Positions 29,891 to 39,425 of a stretch of DNA of 64,000 bases are shown here, piece after piece. Below the pieces are notes generated by a model, which made no database searches, was not told the origin of the DNA, and was given only the letters and a program-made list of their open reading frames with translations. A program made the translations under genes and the position numbers. The stretch spans positions 87,001-151,000 of the forward strand of contig CAWEIS010000004.1 in assembly GCA_963809205.1 (NCBI GenBank), in the 5' to 3' direction. The stretch is from an uncultured Actinomycetes bacterium. GTDB lineage: Bacteria > Actinomycetota > Thermoleophilia > Gaiellales > JAICJC01. Each line of letters begins with the position of its first letter. Position 1 is the first letter of the stretch.

Positions 29891-30651
29891 TGGTCTCGTT
29901 CACCGTGCTCGGAGGCAGTCCGGCCTGGCCGAACCCGAACCAGGCGGCCAGCGGCTACCTGGTGGAGCACGCCGATCGGCGGATGCTCCTCGACTGTGGC
30001 AGTGGGATCGCGACCGAGCTGCGGGGCAACGACCCCGGCCCGCTGACCGACATCCTGATCACCCACTTCCACGCCGACCACTGGTTCGACCTGGTGCCGC
30101 TGCACTACGTCTTCCGCTACGGCATCTGGAAGGACCGGCCGCGGCCGGCACTGCATCTGCCCCCGGGCGGCCGTACCGTGCTCGACACCGTGGCCAGCGT
30201 CTGGGACGGCTCCGTGGAGACCTTCGAGGCGGCCTTCGAACTGTCCGAGTACGACCCGTCGACCGATTTGCGCTTGGGCGACCTCCACCTTTCGTTCGCC
30301 CCCTGCCGGCACTACACGACCTGCTACTCCGTCAAGATCGACACGCCGCCGGCCACCATTGTCTACTCCGCAGACACCGCGCCGACGGAGCGGCTGGCCC
30401 GCTTCGCGCACGGAGCCGACCTGTTCATCTGCGAGGCCGCGCTGCGCGACGCCGAGAATGATTCGCAGGAGCGCGGCCACATGGACGCCGCCGAGGCCGG
30501 CCGAGAGGCCAAGCGCGCCGAGGCGAAGCGGCTGCTGCTGACGCACATCCCGGTCGAGAACGACCTCGACCGCGTGCTGGCGATGGCCCAGGCGGAGTAC
30601 TCCGGCCCGGTCACGATCGCCAAGCCCGGCGTGCGCTACGACCTGGGCTGA
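29890..30651 (+). CDS. MBL-fold metallo-hydrolase
   Basis: ATG 29890 overlaps the fabI stop (TAATG), in frame with ORF 29179..30651. Motif ITHFHADHWFDL (HxHxDH) and later HMDAAEA...LLLTHI. Confidence 0.75.
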   Translation: MVSFTVLGGSPAWPNPNQAASGYLVEHADRRMLLDCGSGIATELRGNDPGPLTDILITHFHADHWFDLVPLHYVFRYGIWKDRPRPALHLPPGGRTVLDTVASVWDGSVETFEAAFELSEYDPSTDLRLGDLHLSFAPCRHYTTCYSVKIDTPPATIVYSADTAPTERLARFAHGADLFICEAALRDAENDSQERGHMDAAEAGREAKRAEAKRLLLTHIPVENDLDRVLAMAQAEYSGPVTIAKPGVRYDLG

Positions 30652-30655
30652 GGCG

Positions 30656-32059
30656 CTACGACATCAGCGTAACGCGCGAGATGCCGAGCAGCCCCTCGGC
30701 CGCCTTCTCCGCCGCCCGCTGCAGGCTCTCGGACATCGACGGGTTGACCGCCGCCGTCTCGGCCAGGTCCTGCACCTTGAGCCGCGCGTGTACCGCCAGG
30801 GCGACGGTGGTGATCACCTCGGACGCCCGCAGTCCGACCATCGCCCCGCCCAGCACGGTCCCGTCGTCCGGGTCGGAGAGCAGCTTGATGATGCCGTCGG
30901 TCTCGTTCTCCATGACGGCTCGCGGGTTCGCGCGGATCAGGTGCTTGGTCACCTGCACGGGGATGCCGTCGACGCGCGCCTGCCGCTCGGAGATGCCGGC
31001 CTTGGCGATCTCCGGCCGCGTGAATACACACCAGGCGACGCCCGTGTAGGCAATCGGATCGACGTCGACCCCCAGCGCGTGCATCGCAGCCGTCCGGCCG
31101 TGCATCGCGGCCGTGTTCGCCAGCATGATCTGGCCGGTCACATCTCCGCACGCGTAGATGTGCTCGACGCTGGTACGGCAGAACTCGTCGACCGGGAGCG
31201 TTCCCCGGTCGCCGAACTCGACACCGGCCGCATCGAGGCCGAGATCCATCGTGTTCGGGCGCATGCCGATGCAAAGCAGCAGGTGCGAGCAGTCGAGCTC
31301 GCGGCCGTCCTCGAGGATCAGCCGGACGACGTCGGGATTGTCGATATCGGCCGCGCTGGCCCTGCCGTTCTTGATCACGTCCATGCCGCGCTTGAGGAAC
31401 ACCTCCTCCAGCACCTCGGCCAGGTCGGGATCGTCGCTGGGCAGCAGCTGGTCGCGCGCCGAGACCAGGGTGACGCGGGAACCGCAGCGCGAGAAGAAGT
31501 CGGCGAACTCGCAGCCGGTCGGCCCGGCGCCGAGCACGACCAGGTGCTCCGGCAAATCGCGGAACTCGAAAACATCACGCGTGGTCAGCACCCGGCGAGC
31601 GTCCGGCCGAACGAACGGCGGCACGAACGGCGACGCTCCAGTGCACACCAGCAGGGCGTCGAACGGCACCTCGAGCTGCTGCCCCTCGACGGTCGTCACC
31701 AGCGTGTTCGGTCCGGTGACACGGCCGCGGCCGGCCAGCACCTGGACGTTCATGCCGTCCATCCGCTCGCGCACGCCGCGGCTCTGGTGCAGCGCGACGG
31801 CCCGCGCCCGGGCCAGCGTGCGGCGGAGGTTGACCTCCGGGAAACCACGAGCGAAGTCGACCCCGTCGTCCTCGGCCCGCTGGATCTCGAGCATCGCGTC
31901 GGCCGTCGTCAGCAGCGTCTTCGAGGGGATCGCGTCGGTCATCGTGCAGTTGCCGCCGAGCTGGTGCTCCTCGACCAGGGTGACGTCGGCGCCGAGGTGG
32001 GCGGCGGTCGCAGCGGCCGCATAGCCGGCCGGTCCGCCGCCAAGAATCACAAGTCTCAT
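30656..32059 (-). CDS. Pyridine-nucleotide-disulfide oxidoreductase, LpdA-like flavoprotein (only one Cys in the redox motif)
   Basis: 467 aa with VILGGGPAGYAAA and GGNCTMTDAIPSK. Canonical Lpd has GGTCLNVGCIPSK, so the second Cys is replaced here. A second NAD-binding GxGxxG (LGAGPTGCEF) and a dimerisation domain are present. Confidence 0.7.
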   Translation of the reverse strand: MRLVILGGGPAGYAAAATAAHLGADVTLVEEHQLGGNCTMTDAIPSKTLLTTADAMLEIQRAEDDGVDFARGFPEVNLRRTLARARAVALHQSRGVRERMDGMNVQVLAGRGRVTGPNTLVTTVEGQQLEVPFDALLVCTGASPFVPPFVRPDARRVLTTRDVFEFRDLPEHLVVLGAGPTGCEFADFFSRCGSRVTLVSARDQLLPSDDPDLAEVLEEVFLKRGMDVIKNGRASAADIDNPDVVRLILEDGRELDCSHLLLCIGMRPNTMDLGLDAAGVEFGDRGTLPVDEFCRTSVEHIYACGDVTGQIMLANTAAMHGRTAAMHALGVDVDPIAYTGVAWCVFTRPEIAKAGISERQARVDGIPVQVTKHLIRANPRAVMENETDGIIKLLSDPDDGTVLGGAMVGLRASEVITTVALAVHARLKVQDLAETAAVNPSMSESLQRAAEKAAEGLLGISRVTLMS

Positions 32060-32082
32060 GCCCGAGATCGTAGACTCTGGCG

Positions 32083-33273
32083 ATGAGCACCCACGCGACT
32101 TCCCTCGACGTCGCCGGCCTCCGCGCCGGCTTCCCCTCGCTCCGCGAAGGCCGGATCTATCTGGACAACCCCGGCGGCACCCAGGTGCACGGCTCCGTGA
32201 TGACCGCCGTCACCGAGTACTACCTGCAGTCGAACGCGAACCTGGGCGGGCCGTTCGAGACCTCCGTCGCCAGCGACGCGGTGCTGGAAGGGGCGCGCCA
32301 TGACCTGGCGCGGTTCCTCGGCTGCGATGCCGGCGAGGTGATCTTCGGCGCCAACATGACCACGCTGACGTTCCACGCGTCGCGGGCGCTGACCCGCGGG
32401 ATCGGCGAGGGCGACGAGATCCTGGTCACCCGCGTTGACCACGACGGCAACGTGTCGCCGTGGGTGCTGGCCGTCGAGGACCGCGGCGCGACGGTGCGCT
32501 TCGTCGACGCCGACCTCGACACCTGCCTGATCGACGTCGACGATTTCGCCTCGAAGCTCTCCGACCGCACGCGCGTAGCGGCGTTCAACTGGGCATCCAA
32601 CGGCGCCGGCACGATCAGCGACGTCGCACGGCTGGCGGAGCTCGCCCGCGCCGCCGGCGCGATCAGCTACGTGGATGCGGTGCAGTACGCGCCGCACGGC
32701 GGAATGGACGTGCATGGATTGGGCGCCGACTTCGTCGTCTGCTCGGCATACAAGTTCTTCGGGCCGCACGTCGGCGTGCTGTACGGCCGGGCCGAGCTGC
32801 TGGAGAGCATCAAGCCGTACAAGGTGCGGCCCGCCCACGACGAGCCACCGGGATCGTGGGAGACCGGCACCGTCAACCTCGAGGGGATCGCCGGTACGGC
32901 GGCTGCCGCCAGGTACATCCTGGACACCGGCGCCGATGCGATCGGGTCGTACGAGCGGACGCTGACCTCGCGGATCATCGACGGGCTGGACGCGATCCCC
33001 GGGGTGACCCAGTACGGGACGCGCGACCTCGACCGCCGGGTGCCGACAGTGGTCTTCAACGTCGACGGCCGTGCGCCGGCGGAGATCTCGGCGGCGCTGG
33101 CCAGGGACGGTATCTTCGTCTGGGACGGCAACTACTACGCGCTCGAGCTGATGGAGGGCCTCGGGCTCGAGGCGCTGGGCGGCGCCGTCAGGGTCGGCGC
33201 GGCGCACTACAACACCCTGGACGAGATCGACGCGTTCCTGGAAGCGGTGGCGAGGTGCGCTTCGCGGAGCTGA
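32083..33273 (+). CDS. Class V aminotransferase, cysteine-desulfurase-like protein
   Basis: 396 aa reading ...YLDNPGGTQV...FGANMTTLTF...DHDGNVSPW...VDAVQYAPH...VCSAYKFFGPHVGVLYG. The SAYKF lysine is the PLP site. Confidence 0.75.
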   Translation: MSTHATSLDVAGLRAGFPSLREGRIYLDNPGGTQVHGSVMTAVTEYYLQSNANLGGPFETSVASDAVLEGARHDLARFLGCDAGEVIFGANMTTLTFHASRALTRGIGEGDEILVTRVDHDGNVSPWVLAVEDRGATVRFVDADLDTCLIDVDDFASKLSDRTRVAAFNWASNGAGTISDVARLAELARAAGAISYVDAVQYAPHGGMDVHGLGADFVVCSAYKFFGPHVGVLYGRAELLESIKPYKVRPAHDEPPGSWETGTVNLEGIAGTAAAARYILDTGADAIGSYERTLTSRIIDGLDAIPGVTQYGTRDLDRRVPTVVFNVDGRAPAEISAALARDGIFVWDGNYYALELMEGLGLEALGGAVRVGAAHYNTLDEIDAFLEAVARCASRS

Positions 33274-33905
33274 CGCTCGAGGCGGCCGCCCCCGACGCGC
33301 TCGAGCCGTTCTATCGGGACGGCATCGGGCTGCCCATCGCCGACACGGCCGTGTCGTTCCGGCCCGGCGCGGCGTGCACCCATCACATCGCGTTCCGCGT
33401 TGCCGATGCCGGGTTCGAGGCGGCCAAGGCGCGGCTGGCGGGGGTCGCCGACCTGCTGACCGAGGACGGCCGGGACGAGTTCGACTTCCCATTCTGGGAC
33501 GCCCGCGCCTGCTACGCGCTCGACCCGGCGGGCAACATCGTCGAGCTGATCGCGCTGCGCGGCCTGCCCGGCGAGGGCGCCCGGCCCCTGGCGCTGGCCG
33601 AAGTCGGGCTGCCGGTCGCCGACGTGCTCGCGACCGCTGGGCTGCTGAAGGCCGAGCTCGGCATCACGACCTGGGACGGCGACCCACCCTCCCCTCGGTT
33701 CACGGCGACCGGCGCACGCGGCGCCACCTTCATCGTCGTGCCGCTGGACCGAGCCTGGTACCCGACCGACCGGAGGAACGAGCCTGCGCGGATGACCGTC
33801 GTGATCGAGGGCGTCCGCCCGACCGAGATCGAGATCGGCGGCGCCAGGATCATCGGGGTGGCGGATCGCTCGGCAGCCGCGACCAGATCTCCAGATCCTC
33901 CCTGA
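33255..33905 (+). CDS. VOC/glyoxalase-fold family protein
   Basis: GTG 33255 is in frame with ORF 32460..33905. VRFAELTLEAAAPDALEPFYRDGIGLP...HHIAFRVADAGFEAAKARL...DPAGNIVELI. The 3' end overlaps the convergent GNAT gene, so the exact end is uncertain. Confidence 0.55.
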   Translation: MRFAELTLEAAAPDALEPFYRDGIGLPIADTAVSFRPGAACTHHIAFRVADAGFEAAKARLAGVADLLTEDGRDEFDFPFWDARACYALDPAGNIVELIALRGLPGEGARPLALAEVGLPVADVLATAGLLKAELGITTWDGDPPSPRFTATGARGATFIVVPLDRAWYPTDRRNEPARMTVVIEGVRPTEIEIGGARIIGVADRSAAATRSPDPP

Positions 33906-34371
33906 TGCCCTGCTTGACGTACATCGAGCGGAGCACGCCCTCGCGGACGTAGCCGCTGCGCTCGGCGACGATCTTCGACGCGGGGTTGTCCACGCTGATC
34001 AAGAGCTCGGCGCGCTCCGCGCCCAGCTCGGCGAAGGCCCACTCGGTGAGCAGCCGCAGCGCGCCCGTGGCAACGCCGCGGCCGCGGGCGTGGGGCGCGA
34101 CCACATAGCCGAGCTCAACCGTCCGGTCATCGGCCTCGATCACGGGCGCCAGGGCCAGCCCGAGGAACGAGCCGTCCTCCTCGTCGACCACCGCGAAGGC
34201 CTCGCGTGTGCCGTCCCGCCGACCCTGCTCGTACATGTCCAACCAGGCGCGCGGGAAACCGGGCGGCGGGGGTACCGGGATCCGGGTGAACCGGCCGGTC
34301 TCGGGATCGTCGGTGAGGCCGGGGATCGCGGCCAGATGGGCCTCGGCGAACGGTGTCAGTCTCACGGCCAT
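33850..34371 (-). CDS. GNAT N-acetyltransferase (RimJ/RimL-like)
   Basis: Internal ATG 34371. 173 aa reading ...ELGYVVAPHARGRGVATGALRLLTEWAFAELGAERAELLISVDNPASKIVAERSGYVREG. Confidence 0.75.
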   Translation of the reverse strand: MAVRLTPFAEAHLAAIPGLTDDPETGRFTRIPVPPPPGFPRAWLDMYEQGRRDGTREAFAVVDEEDGSFLGLALAPVIEADDRTVELGYVVAPHARGRGVATGALRLLTEWAFAELGAERAELLISVDNPASKIVAERSGYVREGVLRSMYVKQGIREDLEIWSRLPSDPPPR

Positions 34372-34569
34372 CGGCCCCAAGGGTAGTCCCGCCGGCAGGT
34401 AGGATGGCCAGGTGCTGCGGACGCTGCCATCTTGGGCAACGGTCCTTGGCGCGTGTACAACCTGGATACACACGCGGCGCTAGGCATGAACTTCGAGGTG
34501 ATCGAGCCGCCGCCCAGCATCGGCGAGCCGCCGGCTCTGAGCCGCGTCCGAAAATTTCTTCGTTGCCGC

Positions 34570-34596
34570 TGTCGAATTCGCGAGGGGCTGTTCGTC
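34570..34596 (+). promoter_or_regulatory. ECF41/42-type promoter candidate TGTCGA-N17-CGTC upstream of the YCII-sigma operon
   Basis: TGTCGA (34570-34575), a 17-nt spacer, then CGTC (34593-34596), 30 nt upstream of the YCII start. Matches the -35 TGTCGA / -10 CG(A/T)C motif reported for ECF42 sigma factors upstream of DGPF/YCII genes. Recalled from the literature, not scored. Confidence 0.55.
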
Positions 34597-34628
34597 TAGA
34601 GGCGACCAACCCCCACAAGGAGGACATG

Positions 34629-34988
34629 ATGAAGTACGTGCTGCTGATCCATCAGGGCGACACCCCGACGCCGAACCATCCCGAGGACTGGGGCCGCCTC
34701 TCCGAGGCGGAGCAGAACCAGGTGTTCGCGGACTACCAGGCGATCAACCAGACCACGGGCGTGACGCCCGGGCTGGGGCTGGCCGAGCCGCAGACGGCCA
34801 CCACGGTGCGCGTGCAGAACGGGCAGACGCTGACCACCGACGGCCCCTTCGTGGAGACCAAGGAGGCACTGGGCGGCTACCTGATCTTCGAGGCCGACGA
34901 CCTCGACGCCGCCATCGAGCTCGCGGCACGGATCCCGGCCGCGCGGCTGGGCGGCGCGATCGAGGTGCGACCGGTGGTTGAGTGGTAG
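34629..34988 (+). CDS. YCII-related (DGPF) domain protein
   Basis: [11 protein letters not shown]...[43 protein letters not shown] lies 5 nt upstream of ATG 34629, and ATG 34626 is an alternative start. The stop overlaps the sigma gene start. Confidence 0.85.
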   Translation: MKYVLLIHQGDTPTPNHPEDWGRLSEAEQNQVFADYQAINQTTGVTPGLGLAEPQTATTVRVQNGQTLTTDGPFVETKEALGGYLIFEADDLDAAIELAARIPAARLGGAIEVRPVVEW

Positions 34989-36151
34989 CACCGCTCGAGC
35001 AGGTCTTCCGCGACCAGTGGGGACGTGTTCTGGCGACGCTGATCGGCCTCCTCGGCGACTTCGACCTCGCCGAGGAGGCCGCCCAGGAGGCGTTCGCGGT
35101 GGCCGCCGAGCGGTGGCCGCGAGAGGGCATCCCGGCGAATCCCAGCGCGTGGCTGATCTCGACCGGCCGCAACCGCGCGATCGACCGGCTGCGCCGCGAC
35201 CAGACGCTGGCGAGGAAGACCACGCTGCTGCAACGGCAGGCGGCGACCGAGGGTCCGATGACCGAGACCACCTTCCCCGACGAGCGGCTGGAGCTGATCT
35301 TCACCTGCTGCCACCCGGCGCTTGCCGTCGAGGCGCAGGTGGCGCTGACGCTGCGGACGCTGGGCGGCCTGACCACGGGCGAGATCGCCCGCGCGTTCCT
35401 CGTCCCCGAGCCGACGATGGCCCAGCGGCTGGTCCGCGCCAAGCGGAAGATCGAGACGGCCGGCATCCCGTTCCGCGTCCCGCCCGACCATCTGCTGCCG
35501 GAACGGCTCGCCGCGGTGCTGGCCGTCGTCTACTTGATCTTCAACGAGGGCTACGCGGGCCGCAACGAGCTGGCGGCCGAGGCGATCCGGCTGGGTCGGG
35601 CGCTGGCCGAACTGATGCCCGACGAGCCGGACGTCCACGGACTGCTCGCGCTAATGCTGCTGCTGGACGCCCGCCGCGACGCGCGCTTCCAGGACGGCGA
35701 CGTCGTCTTGCTGGCCGACCAAAACCGCAGCCTGTGGGACGTCGGGCAGATCCGCGCCGGCCAGGAAGCGCTCGATCGGGCGATCGCCCTGCACGGCCGC
35801 GGACCATACGTCATCCAGGCGGCCATCGCGTCGCTGCATGCCAACGAGCCGCGCGACTGGGAGGAGATCGCCGCGCTCTACGGCGAGCTCTCACGGCTGA
35901 CTGGCTCGCCGGTCGTCGAGCTGAACCGCGCGGTCGCCGTTGCCGAGACGGACGGGCCGGAGGCGGCGCTGGCGATCGTCGACCGGCTGGAGCTCGACGA
36001 CTACCGCTACCTCCACTCGACCCGCGGCGAGCTGCTGCGCCGCCTGGGCCGGCAGGACGATGCCCGCGACGCCTACCGGCGGGCGCTGGAGCTCGTCCAC
36101 GACGACGCCGAGCGGCGGCTGCTGGAGCGGCGGCTCGCCGAGCTCGGCTGA
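34982..36151 (+). CDS. ECF sigma factor with long C-terminal TPR-like extension (ECF42-type)
   Basis: 389 aa. Sigma2 region ([30 protein letters not shown]), sigma4 region ([36 protein letters not shown]), then about 200 aa of helical repeats (...[11 protein letters not shown]...[15 protein letters not shown]). No adjacent anti-sigma gene. Confidence 0.8.
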   Translation: MVAPLEQVFRDQWGRVLATLIGLLGDFDLAEEAAQEAFAVAAERWPREGIPANPSAWLISTGRNRAIDRLRRDQTLARKTTLLQRQAATEGPMTETTFPDERLELIFTCCHPALAVEAQVALTLRTLGGLTTGEIARAFLVPEPTMAQRLVRAKRKIETAGIPFRVPPDHLLPERLAAVLAVVYLIFNEGYAGRNELAAEAIRLGRALAELMPDEPDVHGLLALMLLLDARRDARFQDGDVVLLADQNRSLWDVGQIRAGQEALDRAIALHGRGPYVIQAAIASLHANEPRDWEEIAALYGELSRLTGSPVVELNRAVAVAETDGPEAALAIVDRLELDDYRYLHSTRGELLRRLGRQDDARDAYRRALELVHDDAERRLLERRLAELG

Positions 36152-36153
36152 CC

Positions 36154-36819
36154 TCACTCGAACAGCGTCAGCTCGGGCGCGGCCTCGCCCTTGAGCACGG
36201 CCAGGTCGAGCTCGACGTAGGTGTAGCCGCGCGCCTCGCACATCACCCGCGCCTGCGGCGCGATCTCCGGCGCCACCAGGATGCCGCGGCACGGCGCGTG
36301 CGCGGGGTCGAGGTCGACCCGCTCGCAGTAGCGCGTCAGCTGCTCGACGTGCGCGGCCACCGCCCGCACCCGCTTGACCTCGACGACCACGGTGCGACCG
36401 TCGGCGTCGCGGCAGAACAGGTCGATTGGGCCGGTGTCCGTGAACCGCTCGCGATCGAGAACGATCAGGCCCGGCTCGATCGCCTCCGGCGCCTTCTCCA
36501 GCAGCACGTGCCACTGGCGCTCAGCGCCGTCGTGCTCGAGCACCGCATCGTCGGCCAGCTCCAGCTTCTGGTCGGAGAGCACCTCGTGGACGAGGATGAC
36601 CAGCGTCTCGTCGGACGCCGGCCGGTACACCCGGATGGTCTCGCCGTCCTCGCGCAGCGTGGTCGGGCCGGCCATGTAGTTGAGCGGCTTGAAGCCCCGG
36701 TCGGCATGCACGCACAGCGAGCCGTCGTCCTTGAACAGGATCGTCCGGTCGCCCGCGCCCAGCCGCGTCACGGCGCGGCCGTGATAGGCGATCTCACAGC
36801 GGGCGACGAGGATCCTCAC
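36154..36819 (-). CDS. nucS: Endonuclease NucS (EndoMS mismatch-specific nuclease)
   Basis: GTG 36819 gives VRILVARCEIAYHGRAVTRL...IDLFCRDADGRTVVVEVKR...QLTRYCERV...RGILVAPEI and a C-terminal LTLFE clamp-binding-like tail. 221 aa. Confidence 0.88.
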   Translation of the reverse strand: MRILVARCEIAYHGRAVTRLGAGDRTILFKDDGSLCVHADRGFKPLNYMAGPTTLREDGETIRVYRPASDETLVILVHEVLSDQKLELADDAVLEHDGAERQWHVLLEKAPEAIEPGLIVLDRERFTDTGPIDLFCRDADGRTVVVEVKRVRAVAAHVEQLTRYCERVDLDPAHAPCRGILVAPEIAPQARVMCEARGYTYVELDLAVLKGEAAPELTLFE

Positions 36820-36890
36820 GCGGGGCAGGCTACCGTGCGGACTGGGCGTATAGTCGTGTCCATGGCCTGTGTCTCCGCCACTCGCCAACC

Positions 36891-37425
36891 ATGAGAGGAC
36901 TCGCGATCGCCGCCCTGACGGCCGCGCTGGTGTGCACGTCGTGCGCGGGCCAGCAAACCACCCCGCCGACTGACCGGATAACGTCGGTCGCGCACGAACC
37001 GTGCAAGGCCAACCAGCTTCGCCTCTCGAATGCGCCTGGCGCCGTCCCGGAGACCGGGGAGTGGACGTTCACGATCCGCATCCGGAACCAGGGTTCGTTC
37101 TGCGTCGTGCGAGGGTTCCCGCAACTGACGTTCCGTGATGTGAACGGGATGACGATCCCGTACGTGATCGCGCCACTCCGGGGCGTCGCGCGAGCTCGCA
37201 CTGCCGAACGGGCCCTCCGCATGGATCGCCATTCGGAAGTACCGCTGCGATCTGCATTCCTACGCGGCGCCGCACACGGTCGAGCTCCGGCTGGGCGGCT
37301 CGCCAGGCCGATCGACCTTGCAGAGTCACGGCAACTGGGCGTACTGCGGCGCGGGCGACCCTGGCTCGACGGCGTACATGTGGTCGTTCGAGCCGACGCT
37401 GCGCGAGGCATGGCGCCATGAGTGA
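36891..37425 (+). CDS. Secreted DUF4232-like protein, interrupted by a +1 frameshift as assembled
   Basis: Signal peptide MRGLAIAALTAALVCTSCAG, then CKANQLRLS...GEWTFTIRIRNQGSFCVVRGFPQLTFRDVNG (DUF4232 pattern). After about 37168-37200 the Arg-rich frame is implausible. The +1 frame reads ...LPNGPSAWIAIRKYRCDLHSYAAPHTVELRLGGSPGRSTLQSHGNWAYCGAGDPGSTAYMWSFEP...* ending at 37425. Span is 535 nt = 3n+1. Confidence 0.6.
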
Positions 37426-37444
37426 TCAACGCTAGGATCGGAGC

Positions 37445-38191
37445 GTGGAGCGCTACGAGCCCGCGATGAGCTTCGACGAGGACGTCGCCCGGAGCTACGA
37501 CCGGGGGTTACGCGGCGACGAGGACGCCGCCGTGGCGTTTCTCGCCGAGCAGGCGCGTGGAGGCCCGGCGCTGGAGCTGGCGATCGGCACGGGCCGCATC
37601 GCCCTGCCGCTGGCCACCGAGGGGATCCAGGTCGACGGCATCGACGTGTCGGAGCCGATGGTTGCGCGCCTGCGAGAGAAGCCCGGCGGCGAGCGAATCG
37701 GCGTCACGATGGGCGACATGGCCGAGGTTGCCGTCGACGGCCGGTACCGCCTGATCTACGTGGTGTTCAACTCGCTCTACAACCTCCCCGACCAGGAGGC
37801 GCAGATCCGCTGCTTCCAGAACGTCGCCGCACACCTGACGGACGACGGCGTGTTCGTGGTCGAGGCGTTCACGCCGGGCTACCTCCACCGCCTGCGCGAA
37901 CACCAGTACGTCGACGCCGAGGAGATCCGGGTCGACAAGGTGTGGCTCGACGTCGCGCAGCACGACCCGGTCGCCCAGCGGCTGGTCAAGAACCACGTCG
38001 CGTTGACCTCATCCGGCATCGAGCTGAACCCGGTGGTGCTCCGCTACGCATGGCCCAGTGAGCTCGACCTGATGGCGCGAATCGCCGGCCTCGAGCTGGC
38101 CGCCCGCTGGGGCGACTGGGAGCGTCGTCCCTTCGACGCGTCCAGCAGGCTGCACGTCTCGGTCTGGAGCAGGTCCTCGTCCCACGATTGA
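37445..38191 (+). CDS. Class I SAM-dependent methyltransferase
   Basis: 248 aa with motif I ALELAIGTGRIALPLA and post-I GIDVSEPMV. GTG start. Confidence 0.75.
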   Translation: MERYEPAMSFDEDVARSYDRGLRGDEDAAVAFLAEQARGGPALELAIGTGRIALPLATEGIQVDGIDVSEPMVARLREKPGGERIGVTMGDMAEVAVDGRYRLIYVVFNSLYNLPDQEAQIRCFQNVAAHLTDDGVFVVEAFTPGYLHRLREHQYVDAEEIRVDKVWLDVAQHDPVAQRLVKNHVALTSSGIELNPVVLRYAWPSELDLMARIAGLELAARWGDWERRPFDASSRLHVSVWSRSSSHD

Positions 38192-38222
38192 GACCCAAGC
38201 CCGGCCTGCCGATACAGATCCG

Positions 38223-38621
38223 ATGGGGTTGCTGGAGACATCGATGGCGTATCAGGCGGGGCAGGTGACGGGCTACCTGATCTTCTGGGGCACCGTCCTG
38301 GTGCTCACCAGCTTCCCGCTGTACCGCGTCGCCGGCCGTACCCGCGACCGCAGCGCCGCTGCGTGGATGGCCTGGGTGCCGATCGCGAACGTGATCCTGA
38401 TGTGCCGCATCGCGCGCGTCACCGCGTGGACCGCGCTGGCTCTGCTTGCAGCGCCCCTACCGTTCGGCCCGCTCATCGCGTTCGCGTACATCGTCGTTCT
38501 CTGGGTCAAGATCGGCCAGCGCTTCGGCCGCACCGGTCTAGGCGTCCTGGCCGGCATGCTGCCGATCGTCGGCGCGTGGATCTTCGCGTTCCTGATCGCG
38601 AACGAGCAGCCCGCCGGATGA
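38223..38621 (+). CDS. Small integral membrane protein (DUF5684-like)
   Basis: 132 aa with 3-4 hydrophobic helices. The WMAWVPIANVILMCRIA pattern is reminiscent of DUF5684. Weak assignment. Confidence 0.4.
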   Translation: MGLLETSMAYQAGQVTGYLIFWGTVLVLTSFPLYRVAGRTRDRSAAAWMAWVPIANVILMCRIARVTAWTALALLAAPLPFGPLIAFAYIVVLWVKIGQRFGRTGLGVLAGMLPIVGAWIFAFLIANEQPAG

Positions 38622-38628
38622 ACGCGCG

Positions 38629-39423
38629 CTAGGCCCGAAGCACGCGGCCGAACAGCTCGAGCATCCGCATCCAGTGCCGCTCGGCGGACGGCTCGTCGTA
38701 CGCCGGCGTGTCCACCTGCGTCCAGCCGTGCGCGGCGCCGACGTACAGCTCGGCGGTATGACGGACGTGGGCATCGGCCAGCGCCTGCGTCAGCCGCGCC
38801 ATCTGCTCCGGCGGCATCGAGCCGTCGTTGTCGGCATGGCCGACATAGAGCTCACCGCGCGCGTTGACCGCGGCCAGGTGCGGGCTGTCCGGTTCCTCGG
38901 TCGCCATGCCTCCGCCGTGGAAGCTGGCCCCGGCGGCGACGACGTCCGGGAAGTCGCCGGCAGTGCGCAGGCTCAGGCGACCGCCCATGCAGTAGCCGAC
39001 GGTGCCGATCGGCCCGCCGGACGCCTCGGAACGGCTGCGCAGAAACGCAAGCCATGCCTTCGCGTCGGCGCGTGCCACCGGCGGCGTCAGCCGGCGGATC
39101 TTCGGCCCAAGGATCGCCCACAGCGGCGCGCGATCCTCGGCACGCATCAGCTCGTCGAGGTTCTCGGCCACCGGCGATCGGCCGTCCCGGTAGAGGACGT
39201 TGGGCACGAACACGGCGTAGCCATGGGAGGCAAGACGCTCGGCCAGAGCCTCGAGCGACGGACGGATGCCGTAGGCGTCCATGTAGACGAGCACGGCCGG
39301 GTGGACGCCCTCGGCCGGATGCACGAACAGCGCGTCGGCGACGCCGTCGGCGGCCTCGACGTCCACGCGCTCGGTGACGACGTCCACGGCCCGAGTGTAG
39401 GTCAGCGTGCCTCTACGATCCAC
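38629..39423 (-). CDS. Dienelactone hydrolase family protein
   Basis: ...PAVLVYMDAYGIRP...VGYCMGGRLSL (nucleophile elbow with Cys) ...GHADNDGSMP...YVGAAHGW. Start is either GTG 39423 or GTG 39387. Confidence 0.78.
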   Translation of the reverse strand: MDRRGTLTYTRAVDVVTERVDVEAADGVADALFVHPAEGVHPAVLVYMDAYGIRPSLEALAERLASHGYAVFVPNVLYRDGRSPVAENLDELMRAEDRAPLWAILGPKIRRLTPPVARADAKAWLAFLRSRSEASGGPIGTVGYCMGGRLSLRTAGDFPDVVAAGASFHGGGMATEEPDSPHLAAVNARGELYVGHADNDGSMPPEQMARLTQALADAHVRHTAELYVGAAHGWTQVDTPAYDEPSAERHWMRMLELFGRVLRA

Positions 39424-39425
39424 AC

